From the NCBI GenBank assembly GCA_963675525.2, contig CAXXSL010000020.1, forward strand, positions 96,001 through 160,000: a stretch of DNA of 64,000 bases, written 5' to 3'. Each line of letters opens with the position of its first letter. The first letter of the stretch is position 1. The notes beneath the pieces were generated by a model, which made no database searches, was not told the DNA's origin, and saw only the letters and a list, made by a program, of their open reading frames with translations. Below, in pieces: positions 27,501 through 36,578 of this stretch. The position numbers and the translations under genes are program-made. Source of the stretch: Anaerohalosphaeraceae bacterium. Its GTDB lineage: Bacteria; Planctomycetota; Phycisphaerae; Sedimentisphaerales; Anaerohalosphaeraceae.

Positions 27501-30119
27501 AAACCCATTCGAGCCGATCGGATTTATGAGGTCATTGAGCGATACAACAACACCGAAGGCCGAACACGCCGTGCCAAAAAGGAATTCTGGTCGGGGCATG
27601 AATTGATGAATCTTGGGTTTGGCGGTTCGCTCGAACCGGTCTCGTCCCATGTCTTTGAACTGGCCGACAAAACAGACTCTTTCAGCTCCCAGCATATGCT
27701 GGTGGATTCCTTTTCCCGCTATACTCGCTATGGAAAACATGATCGTGTAGAGCACACATATGTTGCCCGGATATTTTCAGAAGCGATCGACAGCGACAAA
27801 GAAAGCTACGAATATTTCGTTGAATTATTTGTCCTCTTAGCCAAGTGGATCGACAAAAAAAGAAAACTGGGGCTCAGTTGTCTTTCAACTCTCCTGTCTG
27901 AAATCAGTGAAGAGAACCAAACGCGACGCGACAAAATCATTAATGCCCTGATGCGGATTGCCGTCAACGAAAAACGGCTCTTTGAAAACACGATCTCTCA
28001 ATCGGCCGTCGATATCCTGCACGGAATGAACCTCGGAACCATTGCATTGGTTTCACCCGAATCCCTTTACAGCGGGGCTGCCGGCGGGGTCGGTATTTAC
28101 ACCACCGATATAGCAGATGTGTTGAGCGAACTCGGTTTTCATGTCGTTGTGGTAACCCCCCTCTACGAAGCACATCGCGATAAAATCATCAAAAATTATG
28201 CCCCGCGGTATGACGGGCACAGTTTTAGCATACAGTTTCCCGAATTTGATGAGAGTACCCAGTCGATTCGAAAAAATACCGTCCCGGATGTCATCAATAT
28301 CCTTCGTAGTAACCTGCTCCGTTTTAAGCATGGAAAATCCGCCCGTGTCGAAGTGCTCTACCTGGAAAACGGCAAGTACCTGGATGTTCCCTACGGCGGC
28401 ATGACCGGAGAAGACAAGATACGCCGTGCCCGTGTTCTTTCGCAGGGAGCTATCGAAGCATTACGCGCTTACAATTACTACCCGACGATCATCCAGACCA
28501 ACGAATGGCCGACATGGCTCATTTCAGCTTACTTGAAACGCTGGGCAGAATATTCAACCGACCCGCATTTCTTCAACACCCGTGTCGGCAGTATGATGCA
28601 CAACCCGCATCCATCCTACAGCATCGTCATGAACGAAAATAACATGTTCCGTCGGTTTTATTATTGCATGATTCTCGGATTGGATGCCATCATGAATGCA
28701 GACATTTGCATGAATCCCAACAGCATCAGCGGTCATGAGATCGACTTGACATACCTGATGCTGAAAACCTCCGACTATATCGGAACGGTCAGCAAAGCCA
28801 TGCGGCAGAGGATTCTTGATGAGCCCGGAGTCTTTAAACACGGTCATTTATATAATCAGTTGAACGCTGAGGAACGCTTTTTCAGCCGACGGAATGGCTT
28901 TAATATGGCCGCCCGGCAGCGATTTTGGTTCCGCTCCAAGAAAAGCATCCTTGAAACCTATGATACTGCAAGCCGAAAACGACTTTTTGCCAAATACACA
29001 CATGCCAAAAAACTTGCCAAAGCGGGCCTTCAAGCCGACCCCAACATGCGACTCAACCCCGACGATGAGAAGACACACCATGTTATCTTCTCCATGCTTC
29101 ATCGTATCTGCAAGCAAAAAGGATTCGAACTGCTGGTTGATTGGAAGGTTTACGAAGACGACAGCGGTCGACGATGGGTTACCTACGAGCCCTGGAAAAT
29201 GATGGGGACTACCGTTTTAGAATACTTTCTTTCTCGCGATGAACGCATTCAATACGTCATTTGCGGGAGAGTCGAAGACAGTTTTGACGGCCGACGGTTT
29301 GATATGCATTTTCGCAGAATCGCCTGGATGCCTGAATTCCAGGGTCGATTTGCTTATTCTCCGGAAGGCTCTCTGTCCCCCTCGCTCTATCGAAATGTAT
29401 ATGTCGGCAGCCAGTTCTTTGTGATGCCTTCCGGCGGCGAGGTGGGCGAACCCTGCGGTATCAGCCAGCAGGAAGCACACGCCGGAGGTACCCCTGTCAT
29501 TGCCCATCATCAGGACGGCTTGCAGCGAACTGTTTCAGATCGAGACTTTGGCGACAAGGAATTTCCTTCTAATGGGATAAAGTTCAGCGGATTTACCGGC
29601 GAGGCACTACTCGATGCCCTCCTCGACGCGCTCGAAGTGTATTATCACAGCAGACGGTTGCTTTATCATGATAAAAAAGGACACCTCAAAAAATTGCGAT
29701 ATCGAGATTTGTCCTATAATGCATTTAATACCGATCACCGATGGCTTCGCCTGCTGCGTGAATACATCCGGACCTATTCGATAATGGCCGGGGTGGAACT
29801 GCCTCAGCATATCGATGCGATGCGGCTGATTGCCGATATGGCGGATGCCCCCGATACGGAACTGCCAAACATTATCCTGCGTAAAGGGATGACGGTTCCG
29901 GAGGCCGTCAACAGCCTGCTCGATGCCCTGACCTGTCCGATTCTTTCCGTTCGAAGAGCAGTCGAGAAAAAACTGCTTCGGTTGTATACCGTTCTCCAAA
30001 GTGACATCCTGACGGCCGTCGAAAAACGCATGGCACGCGCCGCTATGGACGAAGGGGAAAAGAATAGAATGAGCCATTTACTCGAACAGATCGACCGTGC
30101 GAAAGCCAAACGACCCTGA
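24594..30119 (+). CDS. 1841-aa fusion: unknown N-terminus + GH13 alpha-amylase-like domain + GT5 glycogen-synthase-like domain
   Basis: GH13 regions VLSH, GLRIDVG, YSEQW, FNSHDE. GT5 motifs GGVG, TNEW, HN, TVS, NG, R..QKG, MPS..EPCGISQQEA. Confidence 0.85.
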   Translation: MNTLIVFRYSTSGQIQYLSPEKTLQLLEKDQKLILDTALAEVISLIKEQSRPFYKALVNRRIQLRISDSFKGTAALLPHDIIFNAALITAGRRFIMRRHRLIVGALERVFYHLCHPELHITQVRLHSLQFYQDHKKILRATIDEISANPSEFNEPDWLESLKQVDSLLLLDRFWTYLGKTASAQAVMKAAGGPKSRTRSQVKKALENFAKTIQKEFKIKEKRILSFLTGFKWLYRNNDWVVLVYKLPGNLLKVIRLCDQQWLDAMSNESACHSAFFNTIRTDIFHDHGKWISEWILQLQVYAKDPSLQTLQEMLLSDDLHKVRTAVQQLVNKIRRKDNPRHSLRLLYSALYYQHNPDKGMCRSICLEVSTILENLLTERPFTFPPTRINRSVLRAKHAFARINIRKPRNIKKDKFKVRIQWSANGRRKKPLMMTSEGPIGPDGIMTFVAFFPLRAGWLHYSVQFSIDDGQSWQWEELDPNSHGLLKYIADERGQRVLSFYADTFNLKLDEKFQPIKDENGMYVYGTFDEIAEQLKEIRNEGYTRIYPLGALELGWAGEAGPDPSVFSVWDGKTVRHDLGGIEALIRLRQKADELGMKILLCVLSHFSRANVSYPYRMPVYIADKNGKLTCRAGWDGEWSEWLDSFMVNMRDFENVDTLAQIGVELAGLGFGLRIDVGHGFDTVFPIAPDLKGTPRLMGEVTMSGFEPVDLRGTDEPNISLLHMCYQIQKAVPKATVVYSEQWHGNETRMIRSGTIPYNSLIKNMENIRSGQDVSQALGLNDNLAYLNRIYRANGGQTLSLFNSHDEESPTSNYQNMIWPVAAFLVLSSQGPIMYHVSRLPGPETGSMPQRFDDAYTECWKHWVNNRFSHPWHKENQTRWQILASYPILYGFGKYLRSLYQFVDQNPAFTRGIIIPINTENTRIAGFLRIHKDRMYLCIFNFPNADAGNQQAVSREFNFLLRSNDPALPIKPIRADRIYEVIERYNNTEGRTRRAKKEFWSGHELMNLGFGGSLEPVSSHVFELADKTDSFSSQHMLVDSFSRYTRYGKHDRVEHTYVARIFSEAIDSDKESYEYFVELFVLLAKWIDKKRKLGLSCLSTLLSEISEENQTRRDKIINALMRIAVNEKRLFENTISQSAVDILHGMNLGTIALVSPESLYSGAAGGVGIYTTDIADVLSELGFHVVVVTPLYEAHRDKIIKNYAPRYDGHSFSIQFPEFDESTQSIRKNTVPDVINILRSNLLRFKHGKSARVEVLYLENGKYLDVPYGGMTGEDKIRRARVLSQGAIEALRAYNYYPTIIQTNEWPTWLISAYLKRWAEYSTDPHFFNTRVGSMMHNPHPSYSIVMNENNMFRRFYYCMILGLDAIMNADICMNPNSISGHEIDLTYLMLKTSDYIGTVSKAMRQRILDEPGVFKHGHLYNQLNAEERFFSRRNGFNMAARQRFWFRSKKSILETYDTASRKRLFAKYTHAKKLAKAGLQADPNMRLNPDDEKTHHVIFSMLHRICKQKGFELLVDWKVYEDDSGRRWVTYEPWKMMGTTVLEYFLSRDERIQYVICGRVEDSFDGRRFDMHFRRIAWMPEFQGRFAYSPEGSLSPSLYRNVYVGSQFFVMPSGGEVGEPCGISQQEAHAGGTPVIAHHQDGLQRTVSDRDFGDKEFPSNGIKFSGFTGEALLDALLDALEVYYHSRRLLYHDKKGHLKKLRYRDLSYNAFNTDHRWLRLLREYIRTYSIMAGVELPQHIDAMRLIADMADAPDTELPNIILRKGMTVPEAVNSLLDALTCPILSVRRAVEKKLLRLYTVLQSDILTAVEKRMARAAMDEGEKNRMSHLLEQIDRAKAKRP

Positions 30120-30136
30120 TTGCTCAATGCTCCGAG

Positions 30137-30160
30137 CGAAGACTGGAGGGGGGACTCGAC
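30137..30160 (-). repeat. Degenerate tmRNA-3'-like junction (possible att remnant)
   Basis: CGAAGACTGGAGGGGGGACTCGAC resembles the tmRNA end and shares CGAAGACTGGA with 31398-31408. Confidence 0.5.
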
Positions 30161-30520
30161 CATCTCTGACAATTGTATCCCCATATTTATCAATGGCTTA
30201 CATTGCCTCTTATTATAAACTCTCTAAAATAATTAGCGAATCAATTAAATCTGTAAGCTCTCGTTGAGCGATTAGACTTTTACTTAATATTGGACTTTTG
30301 CTACTTATCTTATCGTTTTTTAGGAATAGGGAGTATGTCTATACACAAAAAATCTATTTGACATTTACTGAAAGTGTGTTATATTAAAAAAACACTTTGG
30401 AACTGTCGAGAGTGTTAGAGGCAGGAGTGGAAAAGATGAAAAGTTCAACGCGTTTTATCATTCTTCTGAAGTATCTTTTTATCTGCTAATTTCAACATTG
30501 ATAACATAAGGAGTAGCAAG

Positions 30521-31150
30521 ATGAAAACATCGAAGAATAGTATGTTCGTTATTGTCGCTTTGTCAATCATGTCATTTCCTGTTTATGCCGGTATTAGTAT
30601 TACCTCTTCCGAGATTACCTGGGACGGTGGCATCAGTGCCGACGGAACACCGGGTCTTGGGTTGATCGGAGGCGGTGGAAGTTCGTCGGATCCTTACAAG
30701 CTTTCCGGCGGCGGAAGTTTTGTGAGTGATGGTACGACGGGCAGCGTTGTGGCGAGCATAAGCGGTATTATCTCACTTGAAGCGGACGAGCAGCTTTATA
30801 CTTCATGGGAATTCACAACGGATCTCAGTGGGGGTGATGCATCATGGGATATTTCCGGTGCGCTGGACATCGGGGAATTTGATTTACAATTTGGCACCCC
30901 TTCATGGAACGTACCAACAGGTCCTGAAAGTTATGAAGGCAGTATCGGTTTTCCGAACCCACAGGGTTGGACACTGCCACCCATTGGATTTACGATCAAT
31001 GTTGAATTCGATTGGCTTGGTTCTGCGGGAGATACCTTTACGCTGACGATACCAGAGCATTCGATCGACCTTGATGTAAGAGTTGTTCCCGAACCTGCGA
31101 CAGTTTTGTTGTTGGGTTTGGGTGGTGTTTTGTTGCGCAAGAACAAATAA
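30521..31150 (+). CDS. PEP-CTERM sorting-domain surface protein
   Basis: Signal peptide VYA; C-terminal VPEPATVLLLGLGGVLLRK; AGGAG RBS; TTGACA promoter at 30358. Confidence 0.92.
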   Translation: MKTSKNSMFVIVALSIMSFPVYAGISITSSEITWDGGISADGTPGLGLIGGGGSSSDPYKLSGGGSFVSDGTTGSVVASISGIISLEADEQLYTSWEFTTDLSGGDASWDISGALDIGEFDLQFGTPSWNVPTGPESYEGSIGFPNPQGWTLPPIGFTINVEFDWLGSAGDTFTLTIPEHSIDLDVRVVPEPATVLLLGLGGVLLRKNK

Positions 31151-31177
31151 AAGCGACTTCGTTTTTACTGTAAACTG

Positions 31178-31208
31178 AAGCCGGTACTTTGTGTGCCGGC
31201 TTTTTTTA
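31178..31208 (+). terminator. Rho-independent terminator
   Basis: GCCGGTAC/GTGCCGGC stem plus T8. Confidence 0.85.
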
Positions 31209-31284
31209 TGCACCTCTATATATTTACCTTACCAGCGATATTAGCGAAAACAAATGTTTGGAAACATATAAAAAAGCGTGTTAG

Positions 31285-31424
31285 TAATAGTGATATTGGC
31301 CTGCCGAGTCGAAGTTCGCTGCGTTCATTAATTCGCATAATGTCCGCCTTCGCTAAAGCTGCGGCGAGACAGTCTTCGTTCACTGATTCCCAGCGTACGA
31401 AGACTGGATGCGAGGGGATTCGAA
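31285..31424 (-). repeat. tmRNA-3'-like segment plus palindromic element
   Basis: 31405-31424 matches the tmRNA end at 17/20; IR CAGTCTTCGT/ACGAAGACTG; hairpin CGCCTTCGCTAAAGCTGCGGCG. Confidence 0.65.
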
Positions 31425-31521
31425 AGAACTCCGCCCTTGATAATAGGGTCATAAACGCACTTTTCTACCTCCAAGTTCTATAGTAAAATCTATCAAATTC
31501 CCAGATAACTCTCCCTGATTA

Positions 31522-32658
31522 CTACTTGGAAGAGGATGCCATGAAAACTTTAGCACGTTCTTCAGCCTCAGTTATTTGTTCTGAGGTCATACGTTCTGTA
31601 AGCCAATCTTTAATTTCGCTTGCTTTTTCACCCTGCATACCTGCTAATATCGCCCATTTATATGCTTCCACATAATCTTCAACAACACCTTGCCCATGGG
31701 CATACAGCCTGCTCAATGACTCTTGTGCTACGGGATTTCCTTGCTCAGCGGACTTGGAATTCCATTTGTAAGCTTCGATATAATCTTTCTTAACACCCAT
31801 CCCTTCGCTATACATAAATCCCAATACCATTTGGGCATCGCTTAATCCTTGTTCGGCAGATTTTTTAAACCATTTAACGGCTTCTTCAAAGTTTAAAGCA
31901 ACTCCTGTTCCGTTCATAAATGCAGTTCCCAATCTCAATTGAGCTTCTGCATGTCCTTGTTCAGCAGACATGCGATACCACTTGAACATTTCTTCATCAT
32001 TTTCTATACTGTCACATTCGCTCGGGTCATATTTCTTTCCTAATTCGTATTGGGCTTGTGCATCTCCTTCATTTGCTTTTTTGCGGAGTTTCTCAAGACT
32101 ATCATCAGATTCAGAGTTAGTATTGCTATTGATGCGATGAATACATTCGTCTATTAAAAATGAAAAGTGGACACCTCGGCTTCCTGGAATATCGGCAACA
32201 GTATAGTCGGGATTTGTTATTAACTTCTGCTCAAAGTGTTCAACGGAATCAGGCCAATCAAAATGATTGGGCACAGGATCACCACCGAATTTACATTGAG
32301 TATATTTTAAGGCTGCCGCCACCTCAGGTGTATTTTCTCCGATAATCCCAAGGGCTATAATATGATAAGCTACTTCGGCTTTGGCAGAGGCGTTTACAAT
32401 ACTTCGAGCATGATAATAAGAATCTTTAGGAGCTATGGGGATGACAAAGAGGTAAGGGTGACGTGCTTTGAGAATATTATTTTGGTTTTCGCTTATAGAA
32501 AAATATGTATAAACAAAAAGTTCATCTCTAAGACTACCTTCCAGTTGACAATCGACATTCATTTTGTTCTTGTAGCTATTATCCATACAACCTGATAATG
32601 TGAATATTGAAATAACAGCGCAAATTGCTAGCCAGCCATAATTGTTTGTTTTTTTCAT
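31522..32658 (-). CDS. SEL1-repeat lipoprotein
   Basis: Lipobox LSGC; several AQ..LG..Y..G.GV..D..EA.KW..KSAEQG repeats; AT-rich. Confidence 0.9.
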   Translation of the reverse strand: MKKTNNYGWLAICAVISIFTLSGCMDNSYKNKMNVDCQLEGSLRDELFVYTYFSISENQNNILKARHPYLFVIPIAPKDSYYHARSIVNASAKAEVAYHIIALGIIGENTPEVAAALKYTQCKFGGDPVPNHFDWPDSVEHFEQKLITNPDYTVADIPGSRGVHFSFLIDECIHRINSNTNSESDDSLEKLRKKANEGDAQAQYELGKKYDPSECDSIENDEEMFKWYRMSAEQGHAEAQLRLGTAFMNGTGVALNFEEAVKWFKKSAEQGLSDAQMVLGFMYSEGMGVKKDYIEAYKWNSKSAEQGNPVAQESLSRLYAHGQGVVEDYVEAYKWAILAGMQGEKASEIKDWLTERMTSEQITEAEERAKVFMASSSK

Positions 32659-32779
32659 TTATTTTTCCTTCTTTTTTTAGTAGAGACACAATATTAAAGC
32701 ACTCCCTATTATATATTTCAATATTTTTTCAAATCACCTGCTCAAAACCAATACTTGAACAGGGGTAAATATGTGCCGT

Positions 32780-33091
32780 CTATAATCGTTTTTTGGCGAA
32801 TGCCCTTCCGGATGCTGTTTTGCACTTGGCTAAAGTGTGTAAAACTTCAATATTACCTTCCGCCAATGCTTTCTTTTTTGCTTTTGTCCAGCCTTTGATT
32901 TGTTTTTCCCGTTTGATCGCGGATACTTTACTCTCGTGGGCTTCTTCCCAGAGGAGTTCTACGGGTCTTTTACTTGCGGTATGTTTGGCTCCGCGCCCCT
33001 GATTATGCCGCGTTATTCGCTCCTGCAAATTGTCCGTATGCCCCACATAAAAACTGCCATCAGAACACTCAAGGAGATAAACGTACCACAT
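32780..33091 (-). CDS. Small GIY-YIG nuclease (UPF0213-like)
   Basis: WYVYLLECSDGSFYVGHT, RHNQGRGAKHT, REKQIKGW. True start 33091. Confidence 0.92.
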   Translation of the reverse strand: MWYVYLLECSDGSFYVGHTDNLQERITRHNQGRGAKHTASKRPVELLWEEAHESKVSAIKREKQIKGWTKAKKKALAEGNIEVLHTLAKCKTASGRAFAKKRL

Positions 33092-33156
33092 TATTAGCCC
33101 TTCATGAAACGCAAGATAGCCGAATCTAATATTACAATCGGTCAATCTCTTCTGCT

Positions 33157-33260
33157 GCCCTTCGACAAGCTCAGGGCATTCGACTCGCTTTAGACGATAA
33201 TAAATAACATGCCACTTCATTAAGAATGGCCTGCCATGAGCGAGCGCAGCGAGTCGAATG
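33157..33260. repeat. Palindromic element abutting the tmRNA 3' end
   Basis: 13-bp IR CATTCGACTCGCT (33177-33189) / AGCGAGTCGAATG (33248-33260); hairpin GCCCTTCGACAAGCTCAGGGC. Confidence 0.75.
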
Positions 33261-33607
33261 GAGGCGGGGGGAGTCGAACCCCCGTCCCGTGACATTTCAA
33301 GCCAGGCCTCTACATGCATAGTCGTTCATTTAGGATTCGCCCCGGCAACCGCCAAACGACAGGCTGCTGCTTTCGCTAGTTCGCTAAGTTTCGCCGCCCT
33401 GCCGCAAACAAACAGGGGCGACTATCCCGCTTTCGGCGCCCTCGTGAAATCCGCAGGAAGAAATCTCACAGGACGGGCCGCAATTATGCAGCCAGTTTAT
33501 ACTGGTTAGTGCCAGTTAAAAATTGTAACGGCTTTTTTACCAGGCCAACCGTTATCCTGGGCATGCCACCTGACCATCTACCTGTCCGGTCGAAGCCAGT
33601 CGCCCCC
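33259..33607 (-). ncRNA. ssrA: tmRNA; tag peptide (A)GTNQYKLAA at 33484-33513
   Basis: 5' GGGGGCGACTGGCTTCGAC, T-arm GTTCGACTCCC, acceptor stem with G3:U, tag ending LAA-stop, about 349 nt; CCA not encoded. Confidence 0.96.
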
Positions 33608-33831
33608 TTTTTGTCAAAGAACACCTTCCCCAATTCTATAGGTTTGAACGTAAAAATGCAACACTGCTAATAAAAATCGTCATTTAAGGTGTCAAAATTG
33701 GCCTAAATGCCATTATTTGATTGAAATTTGGCATAAAAAATGGTATAATAAGAGTTTATACCTGTATGTGGTTTTGAGGGTTCTCAAGTTATTTGGTATG
33801 TCTCAACGTTCCCAATTTAGGGGGGTGATAA

Positions 33832-34710
33832 ATGAGGTTTTTTGCTATCGTAAGTTTCTTCTTTGTGCTTTCGCTAAGCGCCTATTCAACCGATTTGGAC
33901 CCAGGAGATATCTCCCAGGATAAACACGTAAACTTTCAGGATTTTGCTCTGTTGGCAGCAGACTGGCAAACCTCAGCAACCCGCTCGGATATTGTGCCCA
34001 ACGGAATCGTAGACATTTCGGATTTGATGCAACTCGCCGAAGATTGGTTAAAATCCACGAATCCCGATAATCCCGAAGTCACTTTACAAGTCACCGGGGC
34101 GGTTAACGGCTCGATTGTTATAGAGCTTTATGCCGATGAAGCGCCTGTTACCGTTGAAAATTTCCTGAACTATGTACAGACCGGTTTTTATGAAGACTTA
34201 ATCTTCCACCGCGTCATATCGGGCTTCATGGTTCAGGGCGGGGGTTATGATGTAGATTTCGTCAAGAAAACAACCAATGATCCTATCATTAATGAAAGCT
34301 CAAACGGTCTTTCTCATCTGCGCGGAACAATTGGCATGGCCAGAACGCCGGAACCTTATTCGGCTACTTCTGAATTTTTTATCAATCACGTCGACAACGC
34401 TTTTTTGGATTATGATCCGGTTGTCTACGACGGCAGCAATAACGCATACAGCAAATACGGCTATTGTGTATTCGGTGAAGTGCTCAGCGGAATGGATGTT
34501 GTAGACGCCATTGCCGCCCTGCCAACGACGAATGACCGACCGGATGTGGATGTGATTATCCAGTCTGCAGCCATTACCCAGAATGTCCCTTTCTGCCCTG
34601 AAAAGCTGCAAGGCGATATTGATGGTAACTGCAAGGTGGATTTTGCAGATTTTGTCAGAATGGCTGAAAACTGGCTCGAATGCAATTCTATAACTGCAGA
34701 TTGCAGCTAA
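33832..34710 (+). CDS. Secreted cyclophilin-type peptidyl-prolyl isomerase with dockerin-like repeats
   Basis: APVTVENF, FHRVISGFMVQGG, GTIGMART, VFGEV; three D.....V...D...LA..W repeats. Confidence 0.9.
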   Translation: MRFFAIVSFFFVLSLSAYSTDLDPGDISQDKHVNFQDFALLAADWQTSATRSDIVPNGIVDISDLMQLAEDWLKSTNPDNPEVTLQVTGAVNGSIVIELYADEAPVTVENFLNYVQTGFYEDLIFHRVISGFMVQGGGYDVDFVKKTTNDPIINESSNGLSHLRGTIGMARTPEPYSATSEFFINHVDNAFLDYDPVVYDGSNNAYSKYGYCVFGEVLSGMDVVDAIAALPTTNDRPDVDVIIQSAAITQNVPFCPEKLQGDIDGNCKVDFADFVRMAENWLECNSITADCS

Positions 34711-34880
34711 GTCCATCGCTCACTGATTCTCAGACATACCCCCCCTCAATCTTGACTTTAACTTTTAAGTCGGAGACCCAAAAAGGCCGATATCAGGTTA
34801 GAATCAATGCGGGAAAAGTGTAAATATAAATCAGTAAAAGTGTTTTCAGGTCTTCAATAGATAAGACAGGGTTTGTATTC

Positions 34881-35690
34881 ATGATCGAAACGCTTGGCCA
34901 GAAGACAATTGACAGTGTTGTCAATCTCGGAAATTTTTCGCGATTTACAGCGAAAACATACGGTGCGATGGCCCAAACCCTGTTCAAACCTCGTACGTAT
35001 CCACTGATATGGGCCCAGATGTACACAATTGGTGTCCAGTCCGTGCCCGTGGTCATGGCCACAGGAGCGTTCGTCGGTATGATCCTTGCCATTCAGGCCT
35101 ATGGACAACTGGCGAGCATGGGCCTTGAAGAACGGCTGGGTGTTTTGATCAATATCGCGGTCGTCAAGGAACTCGGCCCGGTGTTGGCCGCTGTGATGTT
35201 GGCCGGCCGTGTTGGAGGCGCCCTGACAGCCGAACTGGGAACGATGAATGTCACCGAGCAGATCGCCGCTGTCCAAAGTATGGGAACTAATCCTATCCGT
35301 TACCTCGTTGCTCCGCGTGTACTGGCCTGCCTACTTTTGACGCCCTTCCTGATTATCTATGCCGACTTACTCGGCATTCTTGGGGGGTATGTCATCAGTG
35401 TTGTCCAGTTGAAAATCAATGCGGGGGCCTATTGGAATTACAGCGCTATCGGAGTGGAAATGTGGGATATCTGTACCGGCATTCTGAAGGGTTTTTTCTT
35501 CGGCGGTGCCATCGCCCTGATCAGTTGCTATAAAGGTTTTAACTGTCGGGAAGGTGCCCAGGGCGTCGGCGAGGCCTGTACCGAAGCATTTGTGGGTTGT
35601 TTTATCTCAATCCTGGCATTAAATTATATTTTTGCAGTAGTACTGGATGCGGTTTATAAAACATTCTGGCCGGTACGCTCGCTGTTATAA
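34881..35690 (+). CDS. mlaE: MlaE-family ABC permease
   Basis: ELGPVLAAVMLAGRVG..AELGTM.VTEQ, PR and KG motifs. Confidence 0.9.
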   Translation: MIETLGQKTIDSVVNLGNFSRFTAKTYGAMAQTLFKPRTYPLIWAQMYTIGVQSVPVVMATGAFVGMILAIQAYGQLASMGLEERLGVLINIAVVKELGPVLAAVMLAGRVGGALTAELGTMNVTEQIAAVQSMGTNPIRYLVAPRVLACLLLTPFLIIYADLLGILGGYVISVVQLKINAGAYWNYSAIGVEMWDICTGILKGFFFGGAIALISCYKGFNCREGAQGVGEACTEAFVGCFISILALNYIFAVVLDAVYKTFWPVRSLL

Positions 35691-35704
35691 CGGAGACCAT
35701 AGGC

Positions 35705-36541
35705 TTGCCGCGAAAAATCGTACAACCTGAAGACGGCCTCATTGTCGCACAGAACCTCACAAAGCAATTCGGTGATCGAGTGATTCTCGACAACATCTCC
35801 CTTGCCGTCGAAAAAGGGAAAACCACGGTGATCATCGGCCCTTCCGGTTGCGGTAAAACGGTTTTCATGAAGCACCTGATCGTCCTGGAACGCCCCACTG
35901 AAGGAAGTGTTTACTTTAAAGGCAAGAGAATCGATGACAAAGAGGAACGCCATCTTGCCCATATCCGTACTCAATTCGGATTTTGCTTTCAAATGGGTGC
36001 GCTGTTTGACAGCCTGACCGTTTATGAAAATATCATCTTTCCTGTCGAGCAGCATTACAAAGTCACTGATTACAAGGCATTAGCCGACATGGTAAAGCAA
36101 AAACTGGCAATGGTCGGTATGGATGGTTTTCAGAACTATTATCCGGCGTCATTGTCCGGCGGCCAGAAAAAACGTGTCTCGCTGGCACGGGCGATCGCGC
36201 TGAACCCCGAAGTAATTCTTTACGATGAACCGACAACGGGCCTGGACCCGATCACCTCCGATGTGATCAATGAGTTAGTGATCAAACTTAAAAGGGAGCT
36301 GGCGGTCACCAGCATTGTCGTTACACATGATATGAACAGTGCCTATAAAATCGCCGACCGGATTATCATGTTCCATCAGGGACGTATCATTGCCGATGGA
36401 AACGCTGACGAAATTCGCAATCATCCGCACGATGTCGTCCAGCAATTCATCCACGGCAGAGTTGGTGAAGCGGAACTGGCGGCCCTTCGGTTGGGCGGAA
36501 CTAAATTTGAAACCCAGTTCCTCCCTGAAGATTTCGAATAA
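35705..36541 (+). CDS. mlaF: MlaF-family ABC ATPase
   Basis: GPSGCGKT, FQMGALFDSL, LSGGQKKRV, YDEPTTGLDP; start uncertain (TTG). Confidence 0.9.
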   Translation: MPRKIVQPEDGLIVAQNLTKQFGDRVILDNISLAVEKGKTTVIIGPSGCGKTVFMKHLIVLERPTEGSVYFKGKRIDDKEERHLAHIRTQFGFCFQMGALFDSLTVYENIIFPVEQHYKVTDYKALADMVKQKLAMVGMDGFQNYYPASLSGGQKKRVSLARAIALNPEVILYDEPTTGLDPITSDVINELVIKLKRELAVTSIVVTHDMNSAYKIADRIIMFHQGRIIADGNADEIRNHPHDVVQQFIHGRVGEAELAALRLGGTKFETQFLPEDFE

Positions 36542-36578
36542 TCAGTCATCGCCGGGAAAAACAATTCAGGATATGAAA

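Noticed and set aside
30130..33258. Intact integrative element at ssrA
   Set aside because: No integrase or replication genes and the att-like copies are degenerate; reported only as remnants.
33092..33319. N-terminal extension of the GIY-YIG ORF
   Set aside because: Runs through the tmRNA 3' end and palindromes; the domain starts at Met 33091.
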